Assembly: GCA_965207375.1 (NCBI GenBank)
Contig: OZ242274.1
Location: 1,568,001-1,632,000 of the forward strand
Reading direction: 5' to 3'
Length of the DNA: 64,000 bases
DNA from: Nitrosopumilaceae archaeon
Lineage (GTDB): Archaea; Thermoproteota; Nitrososphaeria; Nitrososphaerales; Nitrosopumilaceae
Below are positions 21,558 through 31,820 of this stretch, piece by piece. Each line of letters opens with the position of its first letter. Position 1 is the first letter of the stretch. The notes beneath the pieces were generated by a model. That model was not told the origin of the DNA. It saw only the letters and a list, made by a program, of their open reading frames with translations, and made no database searches. Made by a program: the position numbers and the translations under genes.

Positions 21558-23174
21558 CTAGACATCTGCTAGTGCCTTGATTAATGTATGTCTGTTAGAA
21601 TATCTCTTTTTGATCTGTTTGAGTGCGGATTCATATTGTTCATTGCTGTCAGGCATGTCTTTGAGAGCTGCAAGATACTCGATAACTCGCTTGTAGTGAT
21701 CCTTGCCGCTTTTTGCACCTACAAACTCTGTTAGTAGATTTGCAAAGCACGAGAGGTATCTCTGCGGATGTTTACGGAGCAGTTTGGATTTGTAATTTGT
21801 AAGCAACTCCATATCTGCTGTCTCTAAAATCTCCATGGCCAGATCATAAAGATCCTCTTTGAGGCATAGCTCAACTCCCATTTTAGGTGTCTTTTCTGTC
21901 ACTCTTTTTATAACTGCATATTTTGATTCGTTCCAGTCCTGCAAGATTTGCTTGAGTCTTACAATGTGACTCCAGTCTCCGGTGATACAGTAAAGTTTCT
22001 CAAGTGTATTGATTCTATCCTGTCCGTTTTCTGGCAGCAGGTCGTATGCTGCTTCTAACACCTTTGTCTCCTCTGGAAATGCAGTGATGGCCTTTTGCGC
22101 ATCGCTGCCTGCATTATCTATAGTCCTTAGCGCGTTTAGGTATCGTATACAGATATCGCTGTCCAAAGAGTAATGTTGATCAAGTAGTGCAACTATTTCT
22201 GTATGTTTGTTTGTATTCTCTAGTATGTGTGATTTCATACGTAGCATTTCTCCTAGTTGGTTACCGTCTGCATCTTTTGGTATGCTGACAAGCTGCTTCC
22301 AAAATTCCAAGTCTTTATCTGTACTACATATTGTTTCCAAGGCGGTACGATAGTATCTGGCAAGTCCGGTCCCTTTTGTAGCTGCTGCCTTTTCAAATAG
22401 ATATGATATGTATTCGCGTTTTTGTTCATGTGAGGTTTGCTGTCTTAATATGCATTCTACCATTCCCTCTACTGCTTCTATGAAACAGTCATTGTGGTAT
22501 CCTGTATCATCTGTTACCTTGTCTGTCCATTCAGACATTGTATCTACCATTACCCTGTACATTTTGGCAGCGGCTTGTGTCTTACCATCAATTCTAGCCT
22601 TGAGAGCATCATCAAAATAGTCACCAAGGTCTGGACTTGTTTTTATCTTTCCATTTGAGCCTGCAGCATGCTTGTACATCCCTACTAGTTCACTAGCATG
22701 TTTGCTCATCTGATATTCTGACCTTAGGTTACATTCTTTGATAAAACGGTGAAATACCTGCCCATCCTCTGCCATCATTTTAGTCAGAAATGCAGACAGC
22801 TTATCAGAGGGTATGCTAGAAATCATATAATCTACGGTATCTTCTGTTACCTTTCCGTATACGTCAATGTCCTCTGTATTCTCATTTAGATACAAAAACG
22901 TGGCAATTGCATGCGGACACATGTTTTCAAACATATAGCGTTGACATGTACAATTTATGTACAAATCATATTTGCGTTGTGCTTTTAAGCTGACAGAATA
23001 TTGACCGTTATCGTATACGGTTGCTTGTGCATTGTTTTTTCCCATCTGTACCTTGACTACACTTCCTTCTTGGTATAGTTTCTCTCCCTTTGCAAAATCA
23101 CTTTGATTACTCATCTCTCTTATTTGATCTATATTTGGAACATCGCTCCATTTGGCCTGTCGTCGTGTACCCAC
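21558..23174 (-). CDS. SWIM zinc-finger protein with a helical C-terminal region
   Basis: CTC-x7-CPH SWIM signature, preceded by KGEKLYQEG. Confidence 0.8.
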   Translation of the reverse strand: MGTRRQAKWSDVPNIDQIREMSNQSDFAKGEKLYQEGSVVKVQMGKNNAQATVYDNGQYSVSLKAQRKYDLYINCTCQRYMFENMCPHAIATFLYLNENTEDIDVYGKVTEDTVDYMISSIPSDKLSAFLTKMMAEDGQVFHRFIKECNLRSEYQMSKHASELVGMYKHAAGSNGKIKTSPDLGDYFDDALKARIDGKTQAAAKMYRVMVDTMSEWTDKVTDDTGYHNDCFIEAVEGMVECILRQQTSHEQKREYISYLFEKAAATKGTGLARYYRTALETICSTDKDLEFWKQLVSIPKDADGNQLGEMLRMKSHILENTNKHTEIVALLDQHYSLDSDICIRYLNALRTIDNAGSDAQKAITAFPEETKVLEAAYDLLPENGQDRINTLEKLYCITGDWSHIVRLKQILQDWNESKYAVIKRVTEKTPKMGVELCLKEDLYDLAMEILETADMELLTNYKSKLLRKHPQRYLSCFANLLTEFVGAKSGKDHYKRVIEYLAALKDMPDSNEQYESALKQIKKRYSNRHTLIKALADV

Positions 23175-23640
23175 AAATGTAGAGATTACAAAGTCCTATA
23201 TTTTGTTATTGTATTGTTTTGCTTTGATCGGTATGTTTGATTCAAAAATTGTTTTGAAAATAACAAAATATTTTATGCTATTTTGATAACTATCAGATCT
23301 AGATTTTCACTTTTCTAGTTTATGAGGCGTTATACCTAAAATTAAATGTAAAAATTATCTACTCAGAATCAAATATTTAGTATAATGCACGGGTTTAGCT
23401 AGTAGCGTAACCCAAATTTTAGGCACGAAATTTTTTTATCCTTTTCACTAGTTTAGACAGAATTGTGCTATTGCTTACAATGATTTTGCTCAATTGATAA
23501 TTTGCTTTAACAACTTGAGCAGTTTTGAGACTAGGATTAACCTGTCAAAATCCAAAGCAGGTGGGACAGCAAAAAAATTCAAGAATTTCTGATCGGATGC
23601 TCTCCAAATATTAAAACAAGATAACTTTTGTAAAATAATC

Positions 23641-24525
23641 ATGAATGTGTTAGTTACTGGAGCATCTGGGTTTATTGGCTCAAATTTGGTTAAAAAGTTA
23701 AGAGATAATAACCATACAGTTACAGCGCTTGTAAATCAAAATGATGTCACAGTTCCAGCAGTTAAGATTGTAAGAGGTGACATAGCTGAATCACTTTTGG
23801 TATTTGAAGACAAGTACGATATCGTGTATCATCTGGCTGCTGTCACACCGCTTGAAAAAAATAAAAAAGTTCAACAGAAAATAAATTTTAAAGGCACAAT
23901 TAACTTTTATAACAAAATCAAAGATACGACAAATCATTTGGTGTATGTCTCTGGTCTGGGAGTGTTTGGACGCACAAATCATATCATTGACGAGTCTACT
24001 GCAAAAAACCCAGATACAGACTTTGCAAAAATAAGACTGGCAGCAGAGAGACATCTTGAGAAAGAATGTACCGAGAAAAACATTGGATTTTGTGTGGCAT
24101 ATTTGGGCGAGGTATACGGAAACGGAGGATGGTTTACATCGCAAATTCTTCCAAGATTAAAAAAAGGAAAATTCAAAATGCCAAAATCTGGAGATTATTT
24201 TAGAAGCTTTGTACACATAGATGATGCTGTTAATGCACTGTACGCAATAGGTCAAAGACAATCAGATGAAAGTTTTATTGTAACAGATTCTAATCCTGCA
24301 CTATTCAAAGATTTTATAAATTTTACAGCAGACAAGGTTGGAGTGTCACATCCTGGAAACATACCTACATTTTTGGCCAAGGCCGTACTAGGAGGAGATT
24401 TTATCAAACTCCTTACAACCCCTACAAAGGCATCAAACAAAAAAATTTCAGAAATTATAAAAATAAAGTTTCCAACATATCAAGAAGGACTAACGCAGGT
24501 TCTAGCAGAAATCAATCAAAGATAG
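23641..24525 (+). CDS. NAD-dependent epimerase/dehydratase (atypical SDR)
   Basis: TGASGFIG, YHLAA and FVHIDD motifs. Confidence 0.85.
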   Translation: MNVLVTGASGFIGSNLVKKLRDNNHTVTALVNQNDVTVPAVKIVRGDIAESLLVFEDKYDIVYHLAAVTPLEKNKKVQQKINFKGTINFYNKIKDTTNHLVYVSGLGVFGRTNHIIDESTAKNPDTDFAKIRLAAERHLEKECTEKNIGFCVAYLGEVYGNGGWFTSQILPRLKKGKFKMPKSGDYFRSFVHIDDAVNALYAIGQRQSDESFIVTDSNPALFKDFINFTADKVGVSHPGNIPTFLAKAVLGGDFIKLLTTPTKASNKKISEIIKIKFPTYQEGLTQVLAEINQR

Positions 24526-24899
24526 ATTTTTTTTGCATTCATCTTTTGCTCAAGCTTGTCAACTGCCTCGTTTAATGCATGAATGTTGTATTCTAGCAAG
24601 TTTGAAACATGATATAGCGTACCATATTTTTCCCCAATTTTAGAAACAAGATTGTTTTTCTCCATCACTTTGAGATGATGTTGTATTGCTTTGTAATCAA
24701 GATCTAATTCCTTGGAAAGCCTGTGTGTGTTGTATGGCTGGTCTAATAACAACATGATGATTCGTAGTCTCGTAAAACCACCGCGTGTGCCTGTAAACAT
24801 GTATAGTAGCAGTTTGCGTGTCTGTCTATCAATTTTGTGAGATGATTTGACGTTTTTTTGTATCTGCTCTTTGAATTCTAACAGTTGTACTGTATTCAT
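24516..24899 (-). CDS. ArsR-like winged-helix transcription regulator
   Basis: GTRGGFTR...LSKELDLDYKAIQHHL. Confidence 0.85.
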   Translation of the reverse strand: MNTVQLLEFKEQIQKNVKSSHKIDRQTRKLLLYMFTGTRGGFTRLRIIMLLLDQPYNTHRLSKELDLDYKAIQHHLKVMEKNNLVSKIGEKYGTLYHVSNLLEYNIHALNEAVDKLEQKMNAKKIYL

Positions 24900-25014
24900 A
24901 CATGTACAATGAGTGAATTTAATTTAAAACGCTATCTCCAATTCATATCCAAATTCAATCCAGATATCTTCAAACAATTACCCTTAAATTGACTGTGCAA
25001 AAACTCGAAGTGAA

Positions 25015-25740
25015 ATGATGGGTTCTCGCGGCTATGATATGACGCCTACAATGTATTCTCCAGATGGCCGAATTTACCAAGTAGAGTATGCAATTGAGAC
25101 CGTAAAAAGAGGCACACTTGCAATAGGAGTTAGAAGCAACCAAGGTGTCATAGTAGCAGTAGAGGAAAAACCACGTGCATTACAAACATCAAACATTACT
25201 CAAAAGATCTTTCAAGTCGATCATCATATTGGGGTTGCCGCAGCAGGTTACATCCCAGATGCACGAGTCCAGGTAGATAGCGCTAGGACATTTTCAGCAG
25301 GAAATCGTCTAAATTATGATGAATCAGTCGAGGTTGAGACTGTGGCCAAATATTTGGCAGATCAATGCCATCAATTTACCCAATATTCTGGCGTTAGACC
25401 ATATGGTGTTGCATTAATTATTGCAGGAGTTGATCAAAAGGGCCAGGCGCTTTATGTTACGGATCCAAGCGGCACATTTGTCCCGTATTCTGCAGTGGCA
25501 ATTGGCGCAGGTTCTGATGAGGTAACTGACTTTTTAGAGAAAACATATTCTGCAGATTTGACTCTACAAGATGCAGCAGCACTAGCCATTGCTGCAATTA
25601 ACCTAAAGACTGACAAAAATGACACACAACACATTAAGATGGCAAGAGTTTCTACTGAGAAAAAAGTTCTTGAAAGAATTTCTGATGAGGAATTATCCAA
25701 ATATTCAGATTTGGCAAGCCAAAAATTCAAGCAAAGCTAG
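25015..25740 (+). CDS. psmA: Proteasome subunit alpha
   Basis: YD..TMYSPDGRIYQVEYA and RPYGV motifs. Confidence 0.96.
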   Translation: MMGSRGYDMTPTMYSPDGRIYQVEYAIETVKRGTLAIGVRSNQGVIVAVEEKPRALQTSNITQKIFQVDHHIGVAAAGYIPDARVQVDSARTFSAGNRLNYDESVEVETVAKYLADQCHQFTQYSGVRPYGVALIIAGVDQKGQALYVTDPSGTFVPYSAVAIGAGSDEVTDFLEKTYSADLTLQDAAALAIAAINLKTDKNDTQHIKMARVSTEKKVLERISDEELSKYSDLASQKFKQS

Positions 25741-25768
25741 ATTTTATTCTAGGGTAGGAATTTGGTGA

Positions 25769-26467
25769 TTGTTTTTGGGACTAGGAAGCAGTTATTGGAG
25801 CGAGGTAATTTACGTACTGCGCCAAATTATTCCAATATATGATAAAGTAAATTCATACATCTCTTTGGGAAAAGACAAAAAGCACAGAATCCGGGCAATT
25901 TCAGGCAGGGTATTTCCAGGAAATAAAATCCTCGATGCAGGTTCAGGTTTTGGAAACATGTCAAAGACTGCCCTAGAATTGTGCGATTATGATCTTTTAG
26001 TTACACTTTATGACCCATTGGTGCCAATGTTGCAAAATACAGGCACATTTTTTGAAAAACCTCCCGATATGGCAAACGGTGTATTTGAGCACATTCCGTT
26101 TAGAGATGAAGAGTTTGATGCTGTACTGTGTGGATATTCACTAAGAGATGCAATCAGTCTAAAAATTGCCATTAGAGAAATACATAGAGTTTTGAAAAAA
26201 GATGGAAGGTTTGTAATAGTGGATCTTGGAAAACCTGATGAACCATTTATTCGGGCAGGAGTTGCAATGTATCTGAGAATTTTCCTACCAATTATAGCAT
26301 TTGCAGCAGGTGGACGGTTGGGATTAAAGTTTGCAACACTTTATGGTACCTTTAAGAGATGGCCTGAAAATAAAAAACTAAAAGACATGCTGTTGGAAAA
26401 ATTCTCAAAAGTAGAATTTGAAAAGGATCTAATGGGTGGTGCAGTAATGATTGCTGCATACAAATGA
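25769..26467 (+). CDS. UbiE/MenG-like SAM-dependent methyltransferase
   Basis: LDAGSGFG, IPFRDEEFD and EIHRVLKKDG motifs. Confidence 0.8.
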   Translation: MFLGLGSSYWSEVIYVLRQIIPIYDKVNSYISLGKDKKHRIRAISGRVFPGNKILDAGSGFGNMSKTALELCDYDLLVTLYDPLVPMLQNTGTFFEKPPDMANGVFEHIPFRDEEFDAVLCGYSLRDAISLKIAIREIHRVLKKDGRFVIVDLGKPDEPFIRAGVAMYLRIFLPIIAFAAGGRLGLKFATLYGTFKRWPENKKLKDMLLEKFSKVEFEKDLMGGAVMIAAYK

Positions 26468-26753
26468 AAAAGGTGTTGACCAAGTTTGGCATATTTGTTA
26501 TAGTTGCTATAATCTATCTGTTGAGACGTAGAAACAGAATCATTCGCACATAAACACGTCTCTTCCTCTACTGTCAAACAAATCAAAAGCACACACATCT
26601 AAATTGAATGTAAAAATCACCGATTGGTAAACAAACCACATTATAGTCATGAATGCATTATGGAGAAAACCCTTATTTTGGATCCCTATACCTTCACAGA
26701 ACCAAATAAACGACAGTTTTTATAATATTATATTATAATAATCATGTAGGAAT

Positions 26754-26954
26754 ATGACCCCAACCAATTCTATGTCTTGCATTAGTTGTTTCTCAAGATT
26801 ACGAAATGATGAATCCATAGGTAGTATAACTGAGGAAAAAATAACTGAGGAAAAAATAACTGAGGAAAAAATAACTGAGGAAAAAAAGGCACAAATCCTA
26901 GATGAGATCCTAAACACTCACTACAAGGTCTATGACAGATTGGCAGAAATATAG
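26754..26954 (+). CDS. Putative Doc-partner antitoxin with (ITEEK)4 tandem repeat
   Basis: Stop codon abuts the Fic gene ATG. C-terminal helix ILDEILNTHYKVYDRLAEI resembles Doc antidote tails. Confidence 0.55.
   Translation: MTPTNSMSCISCFSRLRNDESIGSITEEKITEEKITEEKITEEKKAQILDEILNTHYKVYDRLAEI
26826..26885 (+). repeat. 15-bp tandem repeat ATAACTGAGGAAAAA x4
   Basis: Four perfect in-frame units. Confidence 0.95.
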
Positions 26955-27085
26955 ATGTATTATCCTACAATCCAAGATATTGAATCCATAATTGAAAAAC
27001 TAAACAAGCGTTACAACATGAATGTAACTATAATGAATAGAGGTCAACTGGAATTTGCCTTAGAAAAACCAAAAATGAAAATTTT

Positions 27086-28580
27086 GTACTTGTTCACCTA
27101 TTTTTGAGCATTTTTGGCCCTAAATGTACCGAACCAGCTCTGCTAGATAATCCTGTCCCAGATTCTTCCAGGTAGTAACACACGTATACAGATTGCCTCT
27201 ACGCTCCATACTTTTTTCAGATCTGAGACATCCACGTATTCTCCTGCACACGACATACTCACGCAGGCTCTGCTCTGCAAGATTGCTTGTAGATGGTATA
27301 CGAGGGTCTATGACAAACCGGAACATGTCAGGTATGGCCCGTGACAGTTTTGCTACAAATTTACCCACAATTTCATCATTGGCATACCTTTTGACAAGGT
27401 TACGTGTTCTTTTTTCCAATTGTACAGCATATGATTCTCTGTAATCAGGTGGTTTGTCTAGGACATGTTTGCCGTCATGGTATATTTTCTGTAGGCATTG
27501 TAGTGTATTTTTTGCAATTTTAGAATCTGGATTCTTTTGTGATATTGTTTTGATTTCACGTATTAGGTGCGCGTTACATCTCTGGATGATATATCTGCGG
27601 TATGGAGGCCATCCGTCACAGGTAATGATTATATCTTGTGAGTCACCTATTATTTCCTTGAGTACGTCTGCTCCTCTGCTGGGATTAATTATATAGAAAT
27701 TCTCACTTGTAATTGGATTATGAAACGTCCACAACCATATAGTCTTTCCATGCAGTCGCTCTGATGTCTCATCTGCTATCAGAATCTCGGCTTCCTGTAT
27801 CTTTTCTTTTATCTCATTTGCAGGCACAAATAACGCATCAGAGACTGTATCTATGATGTTTTGAATACCTCCTTCAGATATTTCGATTCCACGTCTTTTC
27901 ATGGCCTCCTTGTTCATACGTACCGGCATGCGATGTATGTGATTATCCATTATCTCCTTTATCACTTCATTTCCAAACTGACCCTTTTTTGGAATGTCAA
28001 CCTCGGGTGTAATGTCAGTAGCTCCACAGCAGTTGCAATGATACCCATGAATCTTGTGCTTGCAAGTATGTGGAGGAGGAGTTTTCACAATATCAGTTAT
28101 TATCCTGATTTTGGTGTCTGTATGGTGTATGTCTTGAGAACCACACTTGGTACACGTGTCTAATTTGTGCTCTTTTTCTTCATCTACTTTGACCTTGCGG
28201 GCTACACCTGTGCGACCAGGTTGTCCTCCCTGTTTTTTTCCAGTAGATTTTTTGTTCTCTGCACGTATTTTGCGGTCCTGCTTGCGTGTAATGGAATCCT
28301 TAGATGGAGGAGTATTGGAATTGTCATGATAGTTGTCACGTTTGGTAAGCTCTTGAATTTTTTTATCTTTTTGTAGTAGGAGGTCATCTTTTTGTAATAT
28401 GATTTTTTGTAAACTTGATACTAGAGATTCAAGAAGAAGGACTTTTCGGTGTTCCTTTTTGTATGCACTTTTCCAGTTGATGGTACTCATTATACAACTT
28501 GTGAGTCAGAATGATTTAGATCTGATGGTGATCAAAATTTGAACAAATGGTGAAATTGTAGACACCACGTGAACAAGTAC
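27086..28580 (-). mobile_element. IS66-family element (single-ORF ISBst12-like), 1495 bp
   Basis: Perfect 12-bp TIR GTACTTGTTCAC; 8-bp TSD AAAATTTT at 27078-27085 and 28581-28588. Confidence 0.95.
27120..28490 (-). CDS. tnpC: IS66 transposase TnpC
   Basis: NSNTPPSKD, GGQPG, Zn ribbon, ADET, CDG, QRCNAH and SNLAEQ motifs. Confidence 0.93.
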   Translation of the reverse strand: MSTINWKSAYKKEHRKVLLLESLVSSLQKIILQKDDLLLQKDKKIQELTKRDNYHDNSNTPPSKDSITRKQDRKIRAENKKSTGKKQGGQPGRTGVARKVKVDEEKEHKLDTCTKCGSQDIHHTDTKIRIITDIVKTPPPHTCKHKIHGYHCNCCGATDITPEVDIPKKGQFGNEVIKEIMDNHIHRMPVRMNKEAMKRRGIEISEGGIQNIIDTVSDALFVPANEIKEKIQEAEILIADETSERLHGKTIWLWTFHNPITSENFYIINPSRGADVLKEIIGDSQDIIITCDGWPPYRRYIIQRCNAHLIREIKTISQKNPDSKIAKNTLQCLQKIYHDGKHVLDKPPDYRESYAVQLEKRTRNLVKRYANDEIVGKFVAKLSRAIPDMFRFVIDPRIPSTSNLAEQSLREYVVCRRIRGCLRSEKSMERRGNLYTCVTTWKNLGQDYLAELVRYI

Positions 28581-30371
28581 AAAATTTTTAATCATGAACA
28601 GTATCCGCAACTTTACCAAAAATCTGCTATATTGATGGAGGCTCTGACGAAATCCCATGTGTTAAGTGATGGAAACAAACGATGTGCTATGATGGTAGCA
28701 GAGCTCATGATCAAAGTTAATGACTGTGAGTTGATTTTACCATTAAAATCGATTAGACTGTCAGTAGATACAGCGATGGACAAAGATGATGCTATGACAG
28801 AGGAAATTGAACAGTGGTTCAAAGTTCATACTGCAAAAAACAGTGACCAATTATCGATAATGTTAAGGGAGCATTTGGAAGAAGAATCCATCATCAATAG
28901 TTTACTAGAACAAAATAAAGACGAGAATGCAGAAGAACTACTAGGCAATTGGATGTCATTTGATAATTATCCCGAATACAAAGCGAAATGGGAAAAACTT
29001 GTAAAGCAATGGAAAAAAAGAAACATGAGCCAAAATACCGACAAGATACACACAACAATAATTTGGAATATCTTAGGCAGCATAAGTCAGTACGAAGTTG
29101 GACATCCAGATCATAATAGCATCAAGATTACAAGGATTGAGGATTTGAGCGTGATAAATCACACGTTAAAAGAGCTGAAAAAATACGAGAAAAAAATCAG
29201 AATCCATGAAAAACAATTGACAAATCCAAATCACCTTGATTTGTTATACAACAAAGGGTTTATTCTGTCACAGTTTGGGAGATCCGATAAATTACTAGAG
29301 GTATACAATAGGATCATCGGCATAAAACCTGATGAAGCTCACGCATACTATCACCGAGGAACTATATATGGCAAATTTTTCAATGACCATAAAAAAGCCC
29401 TGAAAGATTTTCAAAAATGTGTGAAAATGGGAGAGCAAACACAAGAAATTCATCACAACATAGTATATTCATTGTTTATGTTAGGCAAATATGATGAGGC
29501 AATAAAACATTGTGATGAGTGCATACCAAATAGTGCAAAAGTATCTGAATTTTATCGAATCAAAGGAATGTGTATGTATGAAAAAAATAGTTTGGATGAA
29601 GCAGAAAAAGCCATCAGAACTGCAATAAAACTAGATTCTAGTAATTCTTCATATATGGCAAGTCTAGGGGATGTACTTTTGGAGAAAAGAAATTACAAAA
29701 AAGCGATAAAGTGTTACGAGTATGCAGTATCAAAAAACCCTGAATTTATTTCCTTCAGATATGCATTAGCACATGCATATTCTGCAACAGGTCAAAATGA
29801 TAAGGCAGAACAGAGTTACTGTTTTATTTTGGAAACTGATGAAAATAACATTGAAACGTTGATCAATTACGGGGCATTGTTATCCAACAGAGGTGAGTAC
29901 AACAAGGCACTCAAGCTTTTGGATAAGGCATTAGACATCAATCCCATACATGAAATAGCATTGATCAATGCTGGGATCACTTGTTCTAAGATTGGAAAAT
30001 ATGAAAAGGCCATGAACCATTTTCAAAGAGCCGTAAACCTGTATCCTAAAAATAGAGATGCATCATATGGCAAGGCGGTAGTTTTTATGCAACAAAACAA
30101 AATAGATGACTCTCTGATCTGGATTGAAAATACCATTAGAATAGATCCCAATATCAAGAAAGAATTTTTAACCGATGCAACGTTTGAAAGAATTAAAAAC
30201 TCTATACGGTTTAAAAAAATAACAAGCACCTTGACCTTTTAAAATCATATGCGTAAAAACCCTCAAATCGTAATAGTGGCATAACCCTGCCCAAAATTTT
30301 TCAAAATTTGCAATTTTCAGACCAGATTCGGTCCAGGAGAAATCAATTTGATGATATAATAGACAAAGTTT

Positions 30372-30484
30372 GTACATACTCAGGTCGCCTCTGATTCTGT
30401 GTAGTTTTTGAACATACATGAAAATTTCATCTATGTAAATTTCCAGGGCCGCATGCCTGAAAAATTTACGATCTGAGTTTGTAC
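30372..30484 (+). repeat. MITE-like family A, copy 4
   Basis: GTACATACTCAGGTCG...CGATCTGAGTTTGTAC. Confidence 0.8.
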
Positions 30485-30682
30485 TTACGTGCTATACAAC
30501 GACCCAGACGAGACATTAAAAGTAAAAACTCACCAATATTTGCAGGGTGTGATATTTATTACAATTTCATGCGGAGACACTCAAGCCTTGTAGGCAGGAC
30601 ACCTGTAGAGGCTGCAGGTATAACCATACACGGACAAAAGTGGAGGACGATACTATCAAACGCTGCACTATACGTGCAATAA
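30485..30682 (+). pseudogene. C-terminal transposase remnant (IS6/integrase-core type)
   Basis: YYNFMRRHSSLVGRTPVEAAGI...W motif. Confidence 0.75.
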
Positions 30683-30769
30683 TCTCTAATGTCAAGTCAC
30701 ATGTGATGAAATAGTGGTAACTTGGAAAGATTGTGTTGCTAATGTGTGATTGTTCTGCTTGTACAGGCA

Positions 30770-30850
30770 GAAATCTAGGCACAGGCAATCCAGAGAAAAT
30801 TTACATATTGACTTTTACCAACAATTAACGCAGAAGAATCAGGTCAAGAA
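30770..30850 (+). repeat. Dispersed repeat family D
   Basis: Matches the reverse complement of about 63195-63272; partial copy at about 5333-5358. Confidence 0.7.
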
Positions 30851-30924
30851 TATGTTTTTATTATTCACTGATACTGTGCAACGAGTGGATAATTATCAGA
30901 TCTATTCTTTGTGACGATACACAA

Positions 30925-31012
30925 AGTATTATGACCATGCTAGTTTTCAAAGTACAGATGGATTTTGAGTTGATGTATTAGTTCAAGCTGCCACCAGAGT
31001 AGGATTTGGGCT
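30925..31012 (-). repeat. Repeat homologous to 44060-44165 (long family-B variant)
   Basis: AGTATTATGACCATGCTAGTTTTCAAAGTACAGATGGATTTTGAGTTGATGTATTAG is the reverse complement of part of 44060-44165. Confidence 0.85.
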
Positions 31013-31061
31013 ATATGCAGTAACCAATCAGATATTAGTAAATGCATTTTACAGCATAGCA

Positions 31062-31778
31062 ATGCAAAGTAAAAAACCATTGGAATTTTCTAATTTGCAA
31101 AAAATCTGCCAGGTAATTGGAAAAATAAAAGAACAATTAATTGATGAATTACCACATTATGGACATCAATCATTATACTTTCACAATGATGAGATAACCA
31201 CGGGATTGTTAAACAACCAGACTGAAATAAAAATACATCTAGCAGTTGGAAAGCTATTATATTTTCATAATGAAAAAGGTGATTTTGTCGATATTGTAAA
31301 TGACAATATTTCTGATAATCTAAAAAAAATTCTTGATACATACGACATAAAATTAGATTTAGAAAAATTGGAAAATCCCAAGCAAGAGGATTTGGATGTG
31401 TATAGATTTTTTGCAATTCAATCAAAAAAAATTTTAGAAATTATCAGGATGAATTTGGAAAATAATTTTACTTTGGTACATTTGTGGCCACATCATTTTG
31501 ATTTTTCAATAGAATGGTTTGCAGATAAAAATGACAAACAGATAGGAATTGGAATATCTCCAGGAGATACCAATTATCCAATGCCGTATCTATACATGAA
31601 CCCATGGCCATTTAACGAAAAAATTCTCAACCAGCAGCTGCCTTTGGGCAGATGGCATACTGATGGGTGGAATGGAATCAAAGTAGAATGGTCAGAACTC
31701 GTACAGTTTCATCCAGATGAGGCAGCAAATCACATCTATAATCTGTTTTGTATATCCAGAAAAAATTTTGAACAGTAA
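31062..31778 (+). CDS. Hypothetical protein (LWPHHFD motif)
   Basis: Long ORF with conserved-looking HLWPHHFD and GISPGD..PYLY motifs. Confidence 0.65.
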   Translation: MQSKKPLEFSNLQKICQVIGKIKEQLIDELPHYGHQSLYFHNDEITTGLLNNQTEIKIHLAVGKLLYFHNEKGDFVDIVNDNISDNLKKILDTYDIKLDLEKLENPKQEDLDVYRFFAIQSKKILEIIRMNLENNFTLVHLWPHHFDFSIEWFADKNDKQIGIGISPGDTNYPMPYLYMNPWPFNEKILNQQLPLGRWHTDGWNGIKVEWSELVQFHPDEAANHIYNLFCISRKNFEQ

Positions 31779-31820
31779 TTACCAAATCTTTAATTTAAGA
31801 AACAACAATTGACTTAGCAT

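Larger units (their letters stand above)
26955..30242 (+). pseudogene. Doc/Fic-domain plus multi-TPR fusion gene interrupted by IS66
   Basis: Removing the IS and one TSD copy joins MYYPTIQDI...EKPKM to KIFNHEQYPQ...HVLSDGNKR in frame (about 594 aa); TPR repeats in the C-terminal half. Confidence 0.85.
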
